DNA of 49,716 nucleotides, from the NCBI GenBank assembly GCA_023257795.1, contig JALRBL010000072.1, positions 1 through 49,716 of the forward strand, written 5' to 3'. Below are positions 6,770-17,188 of the stretch, piece after piece (positions within the stretch are counted from its first letter, which is position 1; the number at the start of each line of letters is the position of its first letter). The position numbers and the translations under genes are program-made. Under the pieces are notes generated by a model. The model saw only the letters and a list, made by a program, of their open reading frames with translations. It was not told the DNA's origin and did not search any database. The stretch comes from Gammaproteobacteria bacterium. Its GTDB lineage: Bacteria > Pseudomonadota > Gammaproteobacteria > Magnimaribacterales > D2472.

Positions 6770-9328
6770 TTAAATTGTCTCTTTAAGGATATTGTGAACT
6801 GTAGACAAAAAATCTGTTCTGGATGAGACAGAAAGTGTTCCTTGTGCAAATTCATCTTTTCCGCCGCCTTTGCCTCCGAAAGGCTCTAAGAGAGTGCTTA
6901 AAATTTTTCTTGCCTGAAATTTTTTTACAATATCCTCAGAAACGCCAACAACAACTAACAAGTTATCTTGAGAACCAGCAACACAAACAGCTAATGATTT
7001 AGCGTTAGACTTTTTTCTATCAATCCAAGATCTTAATGAAGCAAGATCTTTTGAATGAGTCTCCCCGATAAAAGTTGTGACCCCTTCATGCTCGATAGAG
7101 GTTTCATCAAAATTAATATTAGTATTGCTTGTAGCACTTTTTTTAAGAGACTTATTCTCCTCTTGCAGTTTAGTAACCTTGCTAACAACATCATGCAATG
7201 AGCTATTAAGAAGATTTTGAACCTCGTTCATACAATCTCTTAATTGGCTAATATAATCTAAAGCTGCTTGACCTGTAATAGCTTCAATTCTTCTTACCCC
7301 AGAAGATGCGCTCGACTCAGAAAGAATAATGAAAGAACCAATATCTCCTGACCTAGTAACATGAGTTCCACCACAAAGCTCCATAGAAAAACCTGATCCA
7401 AGAGTTAACACACGAACTTCACTGTCATATTTTTCCCCAAACATTGCTTCTGCGCCGGCAGCTTTGGCATCCTCCAGTTTCATCAATTTAGTATCCGCTT
7501 GATGGTTTTGAAGAATAATTTCATTTACAAGGCTTTCTATAGACGATATTTCTGATTTAGTAAGCTGTTTTGGGTGAGAAAAGTCGAACCTAAGTTTTTC
7601 GTTATTTACTAACGAGCCTTTTTGCTCGATGTGGCTTCCCAGAACTTTTTTTAATGCGGCATGCAAAAGATGAGTAGCTGAATGATTTTTTGCTACATTA
7701 GCTCTGATCAAATCATTTACTATTAACACAACCTCATCACCAACCCTCAAGGAACCAGAGGTTGCATCAACAGAGTGAAGAAATATTCTGCCTTCTTTTT
7801 GGCAATCTATAACTTTTCCAGTAAAAGTTTCACATTCAATGGTTCCTTTATCGCCAGTTTGACCTCCCGATTCACCATAAAAAGGGGTGCGTTCAAATGC
7901 TATAAGAGCTTTATCATTACCTGAAATTGAATCCACTGCTTTTCCATCTACCCATAAACCCTGTACCTTAGACTGAGTTTTTAGTGATACATATCCATCA
8001 AACAGTGTTTCAGGAATATTTGATAGATCTAATGTAATCTTGGAAAAAGTACTACTTTTTTTTGAGCCTTCCTGTTGTTTGGACATAAAAATTTCAAATT
8101 CTGAAATGTCGACTTTGATTTCCTTTTCGCGAGCAATATCCTGGGTAAGATCAATAGGAAATCCAAAAGTATCGTGCAATTTGAAAGCTATTTTTCCTGA
8201 AATAACTTTCTTACCATCTTGCAAATGTTCATCAAGAATTTTGAGTCCTTTTCCAAGGGTTTCAAAAAACTTTAATTCTTCTGTCTTTATGGTTTCACTG
8301 ATAGTGGCTTGGGCTTTTTTCAATTCAGGATATTGATCTCCCATATTTGCGATTAATGGTTTTATTAATGAATAAAAAAATGGTTTTCTAGCACCAAGTT
8401 TATATCCATGCCTGATTGCTCTTCTCAGTATCCTTCTTAAGACGTAGCCTCTGCCTTCATTAGATGGCATAACTCCATCTGCTATTAAGAAACTTACAGA
8501 TCGAATGTGATCAGCAATAACCTTGTGAGAGTTTGAGCCTTCATTGTGTAGGAGAGCCTCGCTCGCTGAGATAATATCTTGAAAAATATCTGTAGAATAA
8601 TTTGAAGCGACGCCCTGCATAACTGCGGCAATCCTTTCAAGCCCCATTCCGGTATCAACGGAAGGTTTAGGAAGTGGAGTCAAGGTACCATCTAGGTCAC
8701 GATTAAACTGCATAAAAACGAGATTCCATATTTCCACATATCTATCTCCCTCATCTCCAGGATGACCAGGGGGAGTGCCTTCAAATTGATCGCCATGATC
8801 AAAATAAATTTCAGAGCATGGACCACAGGGCCCTGTATCACCCATAGACCAAAAATTATCTTCTTCATTGAGTTTTACAATTCTTTCAGGGTTGACACCT
8901 ACAACATCCTTCCAGATTTTTTCAGCTTCCTCATCTTCACGAAAAACTGATATCCAAAGCCTTTCCTCACTAAGCTTTAATTCATTAGTTAAAAAGTCCC
9001 ATGCATACTTAATGGCATCCTCTTTGAAGTAATCACCAAAGCTAAAATTCCCCAACATTTCAAAAAATGTATGATGCCTTAAGGTATAACCAACATTTTC
9101 TAGATCATTATGCTTACCTCCGGCTCTTATACACCTTTGGGATGTGGTTGCTCGATCAAACTTTGACTTTTCAGTGCCTAAGAAGACATCCTTAAACTGA
9201 ACCATACCTGCATTGGTAAATAACAATGTTTCATCGTTGGATGGAATCAGAGAACTTGATGAGCAAACTTTATGATTATTATTTTTGAAATAATCTAGAA
9301 ATTTATCCCTTATATCATTAGTTTTCAT
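6770..9328 (-). CDS. alaS: Alanine--tRNA ligase
   Basis: 852 aa with FTNAGMVQFK, RCIRAGGKHNDLENVG, FFEMLGNFSFGDYFK, the HxxxH/CGGTH editing-domain motifs (SATHLLH, LCGGTHV) and a C-terminal DHHA1-like tail. Confidence 0.97.
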   Translation of the reverse strand: MKTNDIRDKFLDYFKNNNHKVCSSSSLIPSNDETLLFTNAGMVQFKDVFLGTEKSKFDRATTSQRCIRAGGKHNDLENVGYTLRHHTFFEMLGNFSFGDYFKEDAIKYAWDFLTNELKLSEERLWISVFREDEEAEKIWKDVVGVNPERIVKLNEEDNFWSMGDTGPCGPCSEIYFDHGDQFEGTPPGHPGDEGDRYVEIWNLVFMQFNRDLDGTLTPLPKPSVDTGMGLERIAAVMQGVASNYSTDIFQDIISASEALLHNEGSNSHKVIADHIRSVSFLIADGVMPSNEGRGYVLRRILRRAIRHGYKLGARKPFFYSLIKPLIANMGDQYPELKKAQATISETIKTEELKFFETLGKGLKILDEHLQDGKKVISGKIAFKLHDTFGFPIDLTQDIAREKEIKVDISEFEIFMSKQQEGSKKSSTFSKITLDLSNIPETLFDGYVSLKTQSKVQGLWVDGKAVDSISGNDKALIAFERTPFYGESGGQTGDKGTIECETFTGKVIDCQKEGRIFLHSVDATSGSLRVGDEVVLIVNDLIRANVAKNHSATHLLHAALKKVLGSHIEQKGSLVNNEKLRFDFSHPKQLTKSEISSIESLVNEIILQNHQADTKLMKLEDAKAAGAEAMFGEKYDSEVRVLTLGSGFSMELCGGTHVTRSGDIGSFIILSESSASSGVRRIEAITGQAALDYISQLRDCMNEVQNLLNSSLHDVVSKVTKLQEENKSLKKSATSNTNINFDETSIEHEGVTTFIGETHSKDLASLRSWIDRKKSNAKSLAVCVAGSQDNLLVVVGVSEDIVKKFQARKILSTLLEPFGGKGGGKDEFAQGTLSVSSRTDFLSTVHNILKETI

Positions 9329-10029
9329 GAAATTCTTGAATTAAAAAAAATTTGCATTTGAGACCAAGCATCTTTTGCTGCATTCTCATTATAGATTGTT
9401 CCCAAAGCAGTATCATTTGCAAGTGGGTTAGTAAATGCATGATAAGCATCTCCATAAGAGATAAATTTCCAATCATCTGCATATGTATCCATTTCATTTT
9501 GGAAGCTGGTTACTACTTCTGGTGTCACCATAGGATCTTTATACCCATGCAATATTAGAAGGCTAGAGTTAAGCCTTTCAGTTTTAACGCTTGAGCCATT
9601 AAGTAATCCATGAAAGCTTGCCCCTGCAACAAATTTATAACCTGATCTTGCCAACTCAATTGTTGCTAGACCACCAAAGCAAAACCCAATCATGAACAGT
9701 TTTCCGTTAAAAGTATTCAATGACTCAGCAAAATTTGCAGTCTCTTGCAATGTTTTTCTGAAATAAAATCTATCACTAATGAAAGGCTCAATGAGGGTTT
9801 GATTTTCCTCCACAGAAGATCCCAGTTTGGCTTCTCCAAACAAATCAATTGCGATTGCGTGATATCCTAATTTTGATAGAGCAGAAGCTTTTTCAATCTC
9901 AAAATCAGATTTTCCCTTCCATGTATGCCCAACTAAAACCGTGGGAGCATCATTGCTACCTGCTTTGAAAAAAGATGCATGGCATTCTTTCCCACCTGCT
10001 CTGTAAATTAATATTTCGGGGGAATTCAT
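9325..10029 (-). CDS. Dienelactone hydrolase family protein
   Basis: 234 aa alpha/beta hydrolase with a Cys nucleophile elbow GFCFGG, a late ..GYKDP.. and an HAF His motif. Confidence 0.8.
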   Translation of the reverse strand: MNSPEILIYRAGGKECHASFFKAGSNDAPTVLVGHTWKGKSDFEIEKASALSKLGYHAIAIDLFGEAKLGSSVEENQTLIEPFISDRFYFRKTLQETANFAESLNTFNGKLFMIGFCFGGLATIELARSGYKFVAGASFHGLLNGSSVKTERLNSSLLILHGYKDPMVTPEVVTSFQNEMDTYADDWKFISYGDAYHAFTNPLANDTALGTIYNENAAKDAWSQMQIFFNSRIS

Positions 10030-10532
10030 TTGTATCTTTTGTAATTATTGATGTAATGATCTGCATTAAGTCCAGGCATCAACTGCTCCTCATTTGAGAG
10101 TGTTCTTGCTATCTTCCCAGGTATGCCAATTACAAGCGACCCATCTGGGATATTCATGCCCTCAGTTATAAGAGCTTTTGCACCAATGATGCAATTCTTT
10201 CCAATATTAGCTCCATTCATAACAACAGCGCCTATACCAATGAGGCTGCCGTCACCTATTTGACAACCGTGTAACATTGCCATGTGCCCTACTGTAACCC
10301 GCTTACCTACAGTGCAAGCAAAACCTGGATCAGTGTGAATAATTGATCCATCCTGAATATTAGAGCCCGCTCCAATAGTAATTGGTTCATTGTCACCCCT
10401 GAGCATTGCATTAAACCAAATGCTTGCTTCATGCCCAATAATTACATTACCAATCAAGGTTGCATTAGGCGCAACCCAAAAGTCATCAGTTTTAAATTCA
10501 GGAGTCTTACCCTCTAATGTAATTAAATTCAT
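10026..10532 (-). CDS. Gamma-carbonic-anhydrase-like hexapeptide-repeat protein (YrdA/PaaY family)
   Basis: 168 aa left-handed beta-helix with repeated [LIV]G motifs. The stretches [20 protein letters not shown] and [12 protein letters not shown] carry the His ligands. Confidence 0.85.
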   Translation of the reverse strand: MNLITLEGKTPEFKTDDFWVAPNATLIGNVIIGHEASIWFNAMLRGDNEPITIGAGSNIQDGSIIHTDPGFACTVGKRVTVGHMAMLHGCQIGDGSLIGIGAVVMNGANIGKNCIIGAKALITEGMNIPDGSLVIGIPGKIARTLSNEEQLMPGLNADHYINNYKRYK

Positions 10533-11111
10533 TTATCCTTCTTGTATCTGGATGTCCGCATCAAAACAATGATTAAGAAAGTTAATGGTAATCATCGCTG
10601 TTAATCCCCATATTTTTTGTTCGTCATAATGCCAAGTAGGGACTACCCACTTTGAGCCCTGTCTTTCAATAACTTCTTCTAAAATATTACTTTTTTGGAG
10701 TAAATAATCTATAGGAACAGTAAAAATATGATCAATTTCAGAATTTTTAATAAATCTTTGCGGGCTATCTATGGAAGCTACGATTGGATTGACTTCAATC
10801 TTATGTTTTGAGATGAGATAATTCATTCTCCCTAAAAAGTTAACATCATTAGGATTTAAGTTAATTTCTTCTTGCGCTTCTCTGACAGCAGTGTGTTGTA
10901 GAGAACTATCCCCTTCCTCTACTTTTCCTCCTGGAAAGCTTACTTCTCCTGAATGAGTAGATAGTTTGGCAGATCGCACAGTATAAATTAGTGCAGGACG
11001 ATCAATAAACTCATCATAGTTACAAATACCAAGTAAAACAGCGGCTTTTGGCTGCTGACTGGGTTTGTCAATGTTTATCGATTCTAGTTTATACTTAACA
11101 CTCTCAATCAT
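10533..11111 (-). CDS. NUDIX hydrolase, CoA pyrophosphatase-like (NudL type)
   Basis: 192 aa with Nudix box FPGGKVEEGDSSLQHTAVREAQEEINL, preceded by the LSTHSGEVSFPGG signature typical of CoA pyrophosphatases. Confidence 0.8.
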   Translation of the reverse strand: MIESVKYKLESINIDKPSQQPKAAVLLGICNYDEFIDRPALIYTVRSAKLSTHSGEVSFPGGKVEEGDSSLQHTAVREAQEEINLNPNDVNFLGRMNYLISKHKIEVNPIVASIDSPQRFIKNSEIDHIFTVPIDYLLQKSNILEEVIERQGSKWVVPTWHYDEQKIWGLTAMITINFLNHCFDADIQIQEG

Positions 11112-11173
11112 TGTGTTAGTTTAACTTTATAAGAAAATTTAATCTTCTTGTATTTAACTTTTAAGGCTAAAAA

Positions 11174-11710
11174 TTGAAGTATTGCTCTAAGTGTGGAAGT
11201 GGAAATCTTGAATTCAAGATTCCTGCTGACGATTCCCTGAAACGTTTCTGTTGCGAAGAATGCGGCAGCATCTTTTACACAAATCCAAATATTATTGTTG
11301 GCGCATTATGCATGTGGGAAGACAAAGTATTATTGGCAAAAAGAAATATACAACCTCGTTATGGTCTTTGGACGCTCCCAGCAGGATTTATGGAAAATGC
11401 AGAAACAATGCGTGAGGGTGCTGCTAGAGAAACCCTTGAGGAAACCAAGGCAAAAATTGAACTACTGCAACCATATACAGCATTTAGCTTAACGCATATT
11501 AGTCAAGTTCATTTTTTCTACTTAGCAAATTTAACGACTCTTGAGTTTGGTCCTACATCAGAGAGCCAAGAAGTGGAACTATTTTCAGAGCCAAATATTC
11601 CTTGGAACCAAATAGCCTTTCCAACAGTTACAAAAACATTAGAATATTTTTTTCAGGATAGAAAAAGAGGATACTTTGAATTTAGAGAAGAGGATATCAA
11701 ACTATTCTAA
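11174..11710 (+). CDS. NUDIX hydrolase with N-terminal Cys4 zinc ribbon
   Basis: 178 aa with TTG start. Carries CSKCGS...CEECGS, then Nudix box LPAGFMENAETMREGAARETLEETKA. Confidence 0.8.
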   Translation: MKYCSKCGSGNLEFKIPADDSLKRFCCEECGSIFYTNPNIIVGALCMWEDKVLLAKRNIQPRYGLWTLPAGFMENAETMREGAARETLEETKAKIELLQPYTAFSLTHISQVHFFYLANLTTLEFGPTSESQEVELFSEPNIPWNQIAFPTVTKTLEYFFQDRKRGYFEFREEDIKLF

Positions 11711-12015
11711 TTTTCTAGTTTAATAAGATCGATGGCTGGTTCTTCATAAGGATGGGCCTCCTTAAGAGCATTTACAGCATCGAAAAGCAAAGCATCCTCG
11801 CATATCATTTCAACTCTATATTCTTGATAGATGTTGATTTGCTCTTTATTGCCCCTGTCTGGATTACTAGCTGCAAGAGGTTTAAATTGACCCACGCCTA
11901 ATGTTTGCCATGCACAATGGGAGTATGCTCCTTGGGATCCAGCACCAATTGAAAACAACGCATTTTTAGTATCATCCAAACCATCCTCTGGAACAAAATA
12001 AACTATTTTATACAT
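11707..12015 (-). CDS. YqfO/NIF3-C-terminal-insert-like small protein
   Basis: 102 aa. MYKIVYFVPEDGLDDTKNALFSIGAG...YSHCAWQTLGVGQFKPL...YQEYRVEMICEDALLFDAVNALKEAHPYEEPAIDLIKLE matches the ~100-aa YqfO-type proteins I remember from pseudomonads. Confidence 0.6.
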   Translation of the reverse strand: MYKIVYFVPEDGLDDTKNALFSIGAGSQGAYSHCAWQTLGVGQFKPLAASNPDRGNKEQINIYQEYRVEMICEDALLFDAVNALKEAHPYEEPAIDLIKLEN

Positions 12016-12635
12016 TACGCCTTCTTACCAGTTATCACTAGTGTTCCAGCCCAATCCTTGCTTGGATGTGAACGCCAGAATTTTATATCTCTAAAACTCG
12101 CATCATTAAACAAACTAACCCATTCTTTCTCAGTAAGCATTAGCATTGGAGTGCCAACCTTTTCTTCCCAAGAATGCGAAGCTTTGTTTTCGAAATAGCG
12201 ATCAATACCAATAATTAACCTTCCATCTTTTTTTAACCAATGTTCATTTATCTTATTAAGTAAAAATCTTGGGTCACTAAGATAATACATGACTTCCATT
12301 GAGTGAATTAAATCGAATTTAAAGGACGGATTGTAATCAGCTATATCTGTGTGAATATATTCAACATTCTTAGATATAGATTTTGCCTTACTGATCATTG
12401 GTTGGGCTCCATCAATTCCTACAGATTTTATGCACAAACTATTTTCTTTGGCCATTCGAGCAACCCAACCATTGCCACAGCCAAAATCTAAAAACCTAAA
12501 TTTTTTGCCAATACTAATTCTTTCGCTCAAAGCAAAATCCATCATCTCTTGGACAGATGCTGCATGTCCTTTTTCCATACCAATATCTTTTCCTGCTAGG
12601 GCCCATTCTCCAAAAACTTCAGAAGCTTTCCTCAT
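12015..12635 (-). CDS. Class I SAM-dependent methyltransferase
   Basis: 206 aa with SAM motif I FLDFGCGNGW and the downstream acidic-loop/motif II pattern. 1-nt stop/start overlap with the next gene. Confidence 0.8.
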   Translation of the reverse strand: MRKASEVFGEWALAGKDIGMEKGHAASVQEMMDFALSERISIGKKFRFLDFGCGNGWVARMAKENSLCIKSVGIDGAQPMISKAKSISKNVEYIHTDIADYNPSFKFDLIHSMEVMYYLSDPRFLLNKINEHWLKKDGRLIIGIDRYFENKASHSWEEKVGTPMLMLTEKEWVSLFNDASFRDIKFWRSHPSKDWAGTLVITGKKA

Positions 12636-12639
12636 GTAA

Positions 12640-15600
12640 TTAATTTTTTATAAACTTATACGCATTTCTGAACATTTGATGCCATGGACTAAAGCCAATT
12701 TTTTTATAAGGGCTCCAAGAAAGCTGTTGATTTAAGAATACACGTTCGGGATGAGGCATCATAGCTGTAATTCTTCCTTTACCAGCAGTAATAGAAGTTA
12801 CACCATAGGATGAGCCATTAGGGTTTATTGGGTAAGCGGTTGAGGGGTTTGCGCTACTATCGGTGAAATACATAGCGATTTGACTATTTTGCAACATATT
12901 TTCGTAGTGCACTTTATCAAAGGCAAGCCTTCCCTCACCGTGCGCAACCACAACCGGTAGAGACCAGCCTTCCATCCCACTAAAAAATATGGAATTTGAT
13001 GGGTTGATCGTAATTTGTGCAGTTCTCGATTCAAATTGATTGGAAGAATTTTTAAGAAATGGCTTCCAAGTTTCTCCTCCTGGAATTATTTCCTTTAGAG
13101 CTGCTAAAGCCTGGCAACCATTGCAAACGCCTAGAATAAAAGCATCTTCATTATTAAAGAATTGACTAAATTCTTCTTTCAAAAAAGAATTAAAGAGTAT
13201 GGTGGATGCCCAACCACCACCAGCACCTAATACATCACCATAAGAGAACCCGCCGCACAATACCAACCCATTGAAATCACTAAGCTTAATTTTTTTCTCT
13301 AAAAGATCTGTCATATGGACGTCATAAGATTCAAAACCAGCCATTGTGAATGCTGCCGCCATCTCAATGTGGCCATTTACTCCTTGCTCTCTAAGTATTG
13401 CAACTTTAGGTGAATGGGTGTTTATCATTGCACTATCTTCAAAGGAGTGATTGAATTGAAGAGAGGTTGGTTGGTTAATAGAATGAATAAATTCTGCTTC
13501 TGCAAATTCAATGCCATTTCTTAGGCCTTTGATATGCTTAGATGAAGTATTCCAAATGCGCTCAAGATTATTAATTGAATCCCTAAAACAGACACCAGCA
13601 CTATTCTCAACAACAACTTCATTTGAATTATTTATTTCTGCAAATACGCTTGCTTGAAGCCCAATTTTTGAAACTTCTTCAAAAATTCTTTTGCTCTCAC
13701 CCTCTTTAACTTGGATAAGTAATCCGATTTCCTCATTAAATAACTTTCTTAATGCTTTTTGTTGATCTTTGTTAACAAAAATAGTTAAACCAGCCTTGTT
13801 AACAAAAGACATCTCGATGGCACTAATAATAGGCCCTCCATCTGAAACATCATGCAGAGCTAAAATGTTTCCATCTAGAATTTCTTTTTGAATGAGATCG
13901 AACAAATTTTTTAGAGCATGCGTACTATCAATATCTGGAGTTATTTGAGGTTCCAATAGATTCATTACCTCACACAATATACTTCCGCCCATCCTCATTT
14001 GAGATCCTAGGCTAATGATGAGTAATTGTTTCTCTCCCTCGGGGGAAAATTCTTGTGTAATAGCTTTAGAAACATCCCTACAAAAGGATGTCCCTGTCAA
14101 TATTCCAGTAATAGGGCTTTTAACTTCAAAATTTTTGTCATTTGCTCGCCATTTGGTTTGCATCGATAGAGAATCCTTGCCTACAGGAATTGCAATATTA
14201 AGATCCTGGGCAATCTTTGAAAGAGATAACACGGCATCTCTCAAAGCTGAATCTTCTTCTACACAACCACATGCTGCCATCCAATTTGCTGAAAGTTTGA
14301 TGCCAGCAAGTTTAGTTGTGGGTACTGAGATTAAGTTAGTAATTAACTCCCCTAATGCCATTCTCATGGAAGCTGCAGGGTTAATGGTCGCAATATTGGG
14401 TTTCTCCCCAATAGCTAATGCATTTCCACTGCTTCCTTTGAATGAAGTGAGTGCAAGAGAATAATTGGAAACTGGAACTTGATAAGGCCCGATCATTTGA
14501 TCTTGCGCTGTGAGTCCACCAACTGATCTATCCGCTATAGATATTAAAAAACTTTTAGAGCCAACCGAAGGATGCATAAGAGTTCTCTTAATGCACTCCT
14601 CTAAAGATAGAGTTTTAGGAAAATTGATTTCACCAAGATGAGTTTTTGCCTCAACGTAATTTAATGACTTTATAGGCAAATCACCAAATAACATTGTCAA
14701 AGGCAGATCAATAAAAATTTCATTTAAAGATGAGGAACGAAGCAGTATTTTCTTTTCTTGGGTTGTTTTACCGACAACTGCAAAAGGGCACCTCTCTCTT
14801 GCACAAATACTAGTAAATTCATCTAAATTCAAAGGATCAATTGCTAGCACATATCTTTCCTGAGACTCATTGCACCATAGCTCCATTGGAGAAAGAGATT
14901 GATCAGATTTAGGGATAGAATCGAATTCAATTTCAACTCCCAAATTATTATCTTTTGCTAACTCAGGAATTGCATTTGAGAGGCCTCCTGCCCCCACATC
15001 ATGAATGAATTCTATCAAGTTCTCCCCATCATTAATGCAAGTGTTAATGACCTCTTGGCATCTTCTTTGCATTTCTGCATTTTCTCTTTGCACAGAAGCA
15101 AAATCTAAATCAATATTTCCTGTTCCTGCATCCATAGAAGATGCAGCACCTCCTCCAAGGCCAATCAACATAGCTGGGCCACCAAGGACAACTACTAGGT
15201 AATTTGGTCCAATGAGCTTTTTAAGAGAATATTTATCACGAACCTCTCCTAGACCCCCTGCAAGCATAATGGGTTTATGATACCCAAGCCCTGATTGCAT
15301 GGAGCTCCATGATTCTAAAACTCTAAAATATCCGCTAGTACATGGCCTTCCAAACTCATTATTAAAAGCAGCGCCTCCAAGAGGGCCTTGAATCATTATT
15401 TCTAATGGTGAAGCAATGTGATCAGGTTTAGAGGGCGATTTTTCCCATGGCATTGGTGCATCTGGAAAGTGAAGATGTGAAACATTAAACCCAACAACCC
15501 CTACCTTTGTTGTTGCACCCGACCCAGTAGCACCCTCATCTCTAATTTCCCCGCCCGAGCCAGTCGCTGCTCCTGGGAACGGAGAAATTGCAGTTGGGTG

Positions 15601-16425
15601 ATTATGAGTTTCAACTTTTAATGTTGGGTGGAGTAGCTCAATCTGAAATCCATAAATACCATTTCTTGAAGCAGAAAATTTTTGATCTAAATGACCCTCA
15701 ATTACTGCTGCATTATCTTTGTAAGCGGAGATAACTCCTTCGGGATTATTTGCGCTCGTTGCTTTGATCATGTCAAATAGTGAGGACTCTAGTTTTTTGC
15801 CTTGTGAACTCCAGCTAGCATTAAAAATTTTATGACGACAGTGTTCAGAGTTAGCTTGCGCAAACATCATTAACTCAGTATCCGTTGGATTTCTATGCTC
15901 GTCATTATAAAAATTACTGAGATAATCCATTTCATCCTTATTAAGTGCTAACCCAAGGTCAGCATTTGCAGATTCAAGCGCACTCTGACCCTCTTCCAAA
16001 AGGTTGATGGCATGCTTTTGATTGGTTCGAGTTTTGCCATGCAAAGATTGCAATTCATGAATTGAAAAGAATTGCTGTTGGGTCATTCTGTCAAAAGGAA
16101 TTAATGAAAAATTAGATTCAGTTAAATTATCGCCAAAAAAAGCATCAAATTTTTCAACGGTTGATATGCCCTCAATACTGCAATTCTTAAGAATATCTTC
16201 TGTTTTTGAAGACCATGGAGATTTGGTACCCATTCTTGGGCCAATAATAAGTTTAGGAACTAACAAATCGGCACTTGCATTAAGCACAGTTAGAAGTTTT
16301 TGATCATCAACATAGCTAGCGTCAAGTTGAATGAAAAAAAGATCTCGCTTTTTAATATCATGTCCCTGGATTGAAGACACCTCTACAACACTATTAGAAA
16401 AGTAGATAAGAGAATTTTTTGACAC
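12640..16425 (-). CDS. purL: Phosphoribosylformylglycinamidine synthase (single-chain large PurL)
   Basis: 1261 aa with GTG start. Carries [35 protein letters not shown] and a C-terminal glutaminase with GVCNGCQ and HPE. Confidence 0.97.
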   Translation of the reverse strand: MSKNSLIYFSNSVVEVSSIQGHDIKKRDLFFIQLDASYVDDQKLLTVLNASADLLVPKLIIGPRMGTKSPWSSKTEDILKNCSIEGISTVEKFDAFFGDNLTESNFSLIPFDRMTQQQFFSIHELQSLHGKTRTNQKHAINLLEEGQSALESANADLGLALNKDEMDYLSNFYNDEHRNPTDTELMMFAQANSEHCRHKIFNASWSSQGKKLESSLFDMIKATSANNPEGVISAYKDNAAVIEGHLDQKFSASRNGIYGFQIELLHPTLKVETHNHPTAISPFPGAATGSGGEIRDEGATGSGATTKVGVVGFNVSHLHFPDAPMPWEKSPSKPDHIASPLEIMIQGPLGGAAFNNEFGRPCTSGYFRVLESWSSMQSGLGYHKPIMLAGGLGEVRDKYSLKKLIGPNYLVVVLGGPAMLIGLGGGAASSMDAGTGNIDLDFASVQRENAEMQRRCQEVINTCINDGENLIEFIHDVGAGGLSNAIPELAKDNNLGVEIEFDSIPKSDQSLSPMELWCNESQERYVLAIDPLNLDEFTSICARERCPFAVVGKTTQEKKILLRSSSLNEIFIDLPLTMLFGDLPIKSLNYVEAKTHLGEINFPKTLSLEECIKRTLMHPSVGSKSFLISIADRSVGGLTAQDQMIGPYQVPVSNYSLALTSFKGSSGNALAIGEKPNIATINPAASMRMALGELITNLISVPTTKLAGIKLSANWMAACGCVEEDSALRDAVLSLSKIAQDLNIAIPVGKDSLSMQTKWRANDKNFEVKSPITGILTGTSFCRDVSKAITQEFSPEGEKQLLIISLGSQMRMGGSILCEVMNLLEPQITPDIDSTHALKNLFDLIQKEILDGNILALHDVSDGGPIISAIEMSFVNKAGLTIFVNKDQQKALRKLFNEEIGLLIQVKEGESKRIFEEVSKIGLQASVFAEINNSNEVVVENSAGVCFRDSINNLERIWNTSSKHIKGLRNGIEFAEAEFIHSINQPTSLQFNHSFEDSAMINTHSPKVAILREQGVNGHIEMAAAFTMAGFESYDVHMTDLLEKKIKLSDFNGLVLCGGFSYGDVLGAGGGWASTILFNSFLKEEFSQFFNNEDAFILGVCNGCQALAALKEIIPGGETWKPFLKNSSNQFESRTAQITINPSNSIFFSGMEGWSLPVVVAHGEGRLAFDKVHYENMLQNSQIAMYFTDSSANPSTAYPINPNGSSYGVTSITAGKGRITAMMPHPERVFLNQQLSWSPYKKIGFSPWHQMFRNAYKFIKN

Positions 16426-16495
16426 AGCGAAGCTTCTAAAATATTGTTGTCTAATTATAGGGAGATATTTTTAAAAAAGTAGGGATTGAAAGCTA

Positions 16496-17188
16496 ATGAA
16501 AGGTGTATTAAGTATTCTTATAGTGACCCTGGTATGTGTAAGCTGCTCACCAGAGAGTTCCATGTATCAAACCGCTGAGAGTAATTGCAATCAGCTAGCC
16601 CAGAAATTAGTGTCCTTTTCACGACTCACTAACTTTGAAAAAGAAAAATTTTTTGAACTCAAAAAAGAAAGACATGATCAGTACGAAAGAATTTTTCAAG
16701 AAGCAGCGGAATTAAACCGACTGGATTGGGAGCTTGTATCAGCAGTTGCGTTTCAAGAATCCCAATGGAATCCCAAAGCTCGATCAAGTACGCAAGTAAA
16801 AGGCATGATGATGCTTACGCTTCCAACTGCAAAATCTTTAGGAGTGATGAATAGATTAGATGCAAAACAAAGTATATTAGGTGGGGCCAAATATCTTGCT
16901 GATTTAAGAGATCAGATAGAATTTGGAACTTCTTCTGGAGATAAAATAGCTTTTCTTCTTGCAGCGTATAACTTGGGGATAGGTAATATTAAACATATTG
17001 TGTATTCAATAGATAAAAATCCAACTTCAGTTACTTGGTTGGATCTTGAGGACAAGTTGCTTAATGATGTTGATCATGGGTCTCTTCCTGGTAACACCAT
17101 TAGTTACTCAAGAGGTCAGCAAACAGTAGATTTTGTTGAGCGCGTTAGAGATTATTACTATCTAATGTTAGCAGATAGCTGTATTTAA
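16496..17188 (+). CDS. Lytic transglycosylase lipoprotein (SLT domain only; MltF C-domain-like)
   Basis: 230 aa with lipobox LVCVSC|S, a catalytic-Glu motif [11 protein letters not shown], and AAYNLG. Lies divergent from purL, as mltF does in E. coli. Confidence 0.85.
   Translation: MKGVLSILIVTLVCVSCSPESSMYQTAESNCNQLAQKLVSFSRLTNFEKEKFFELKKERHDQYERIFQEAAELNRLDWELVSAVAFQESQWNPKARSSTQVKGMMMLTLPTAKSLGVMNRLDAKQSILGGAKYLADLRDQIEFGTSSGDKIAFLLAAYNLGIGNIKHIVYSIDKNPTSVTWLDLEDKLLNDVDHGSLPGNTISYSRGQQTVDFVERVRDYYYLMLADSCI

Noticed and set aside
14015-14464. 149-aa ORF antisense to purL
   Set aside because: It is fully embedded in a confidently identified, motif-rich purL frame. Its product is Ser/Leu/Ala/Ile-rich with no motif, start context or SD. 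Long antisense ORFs like this are a known by-product of codon bias.
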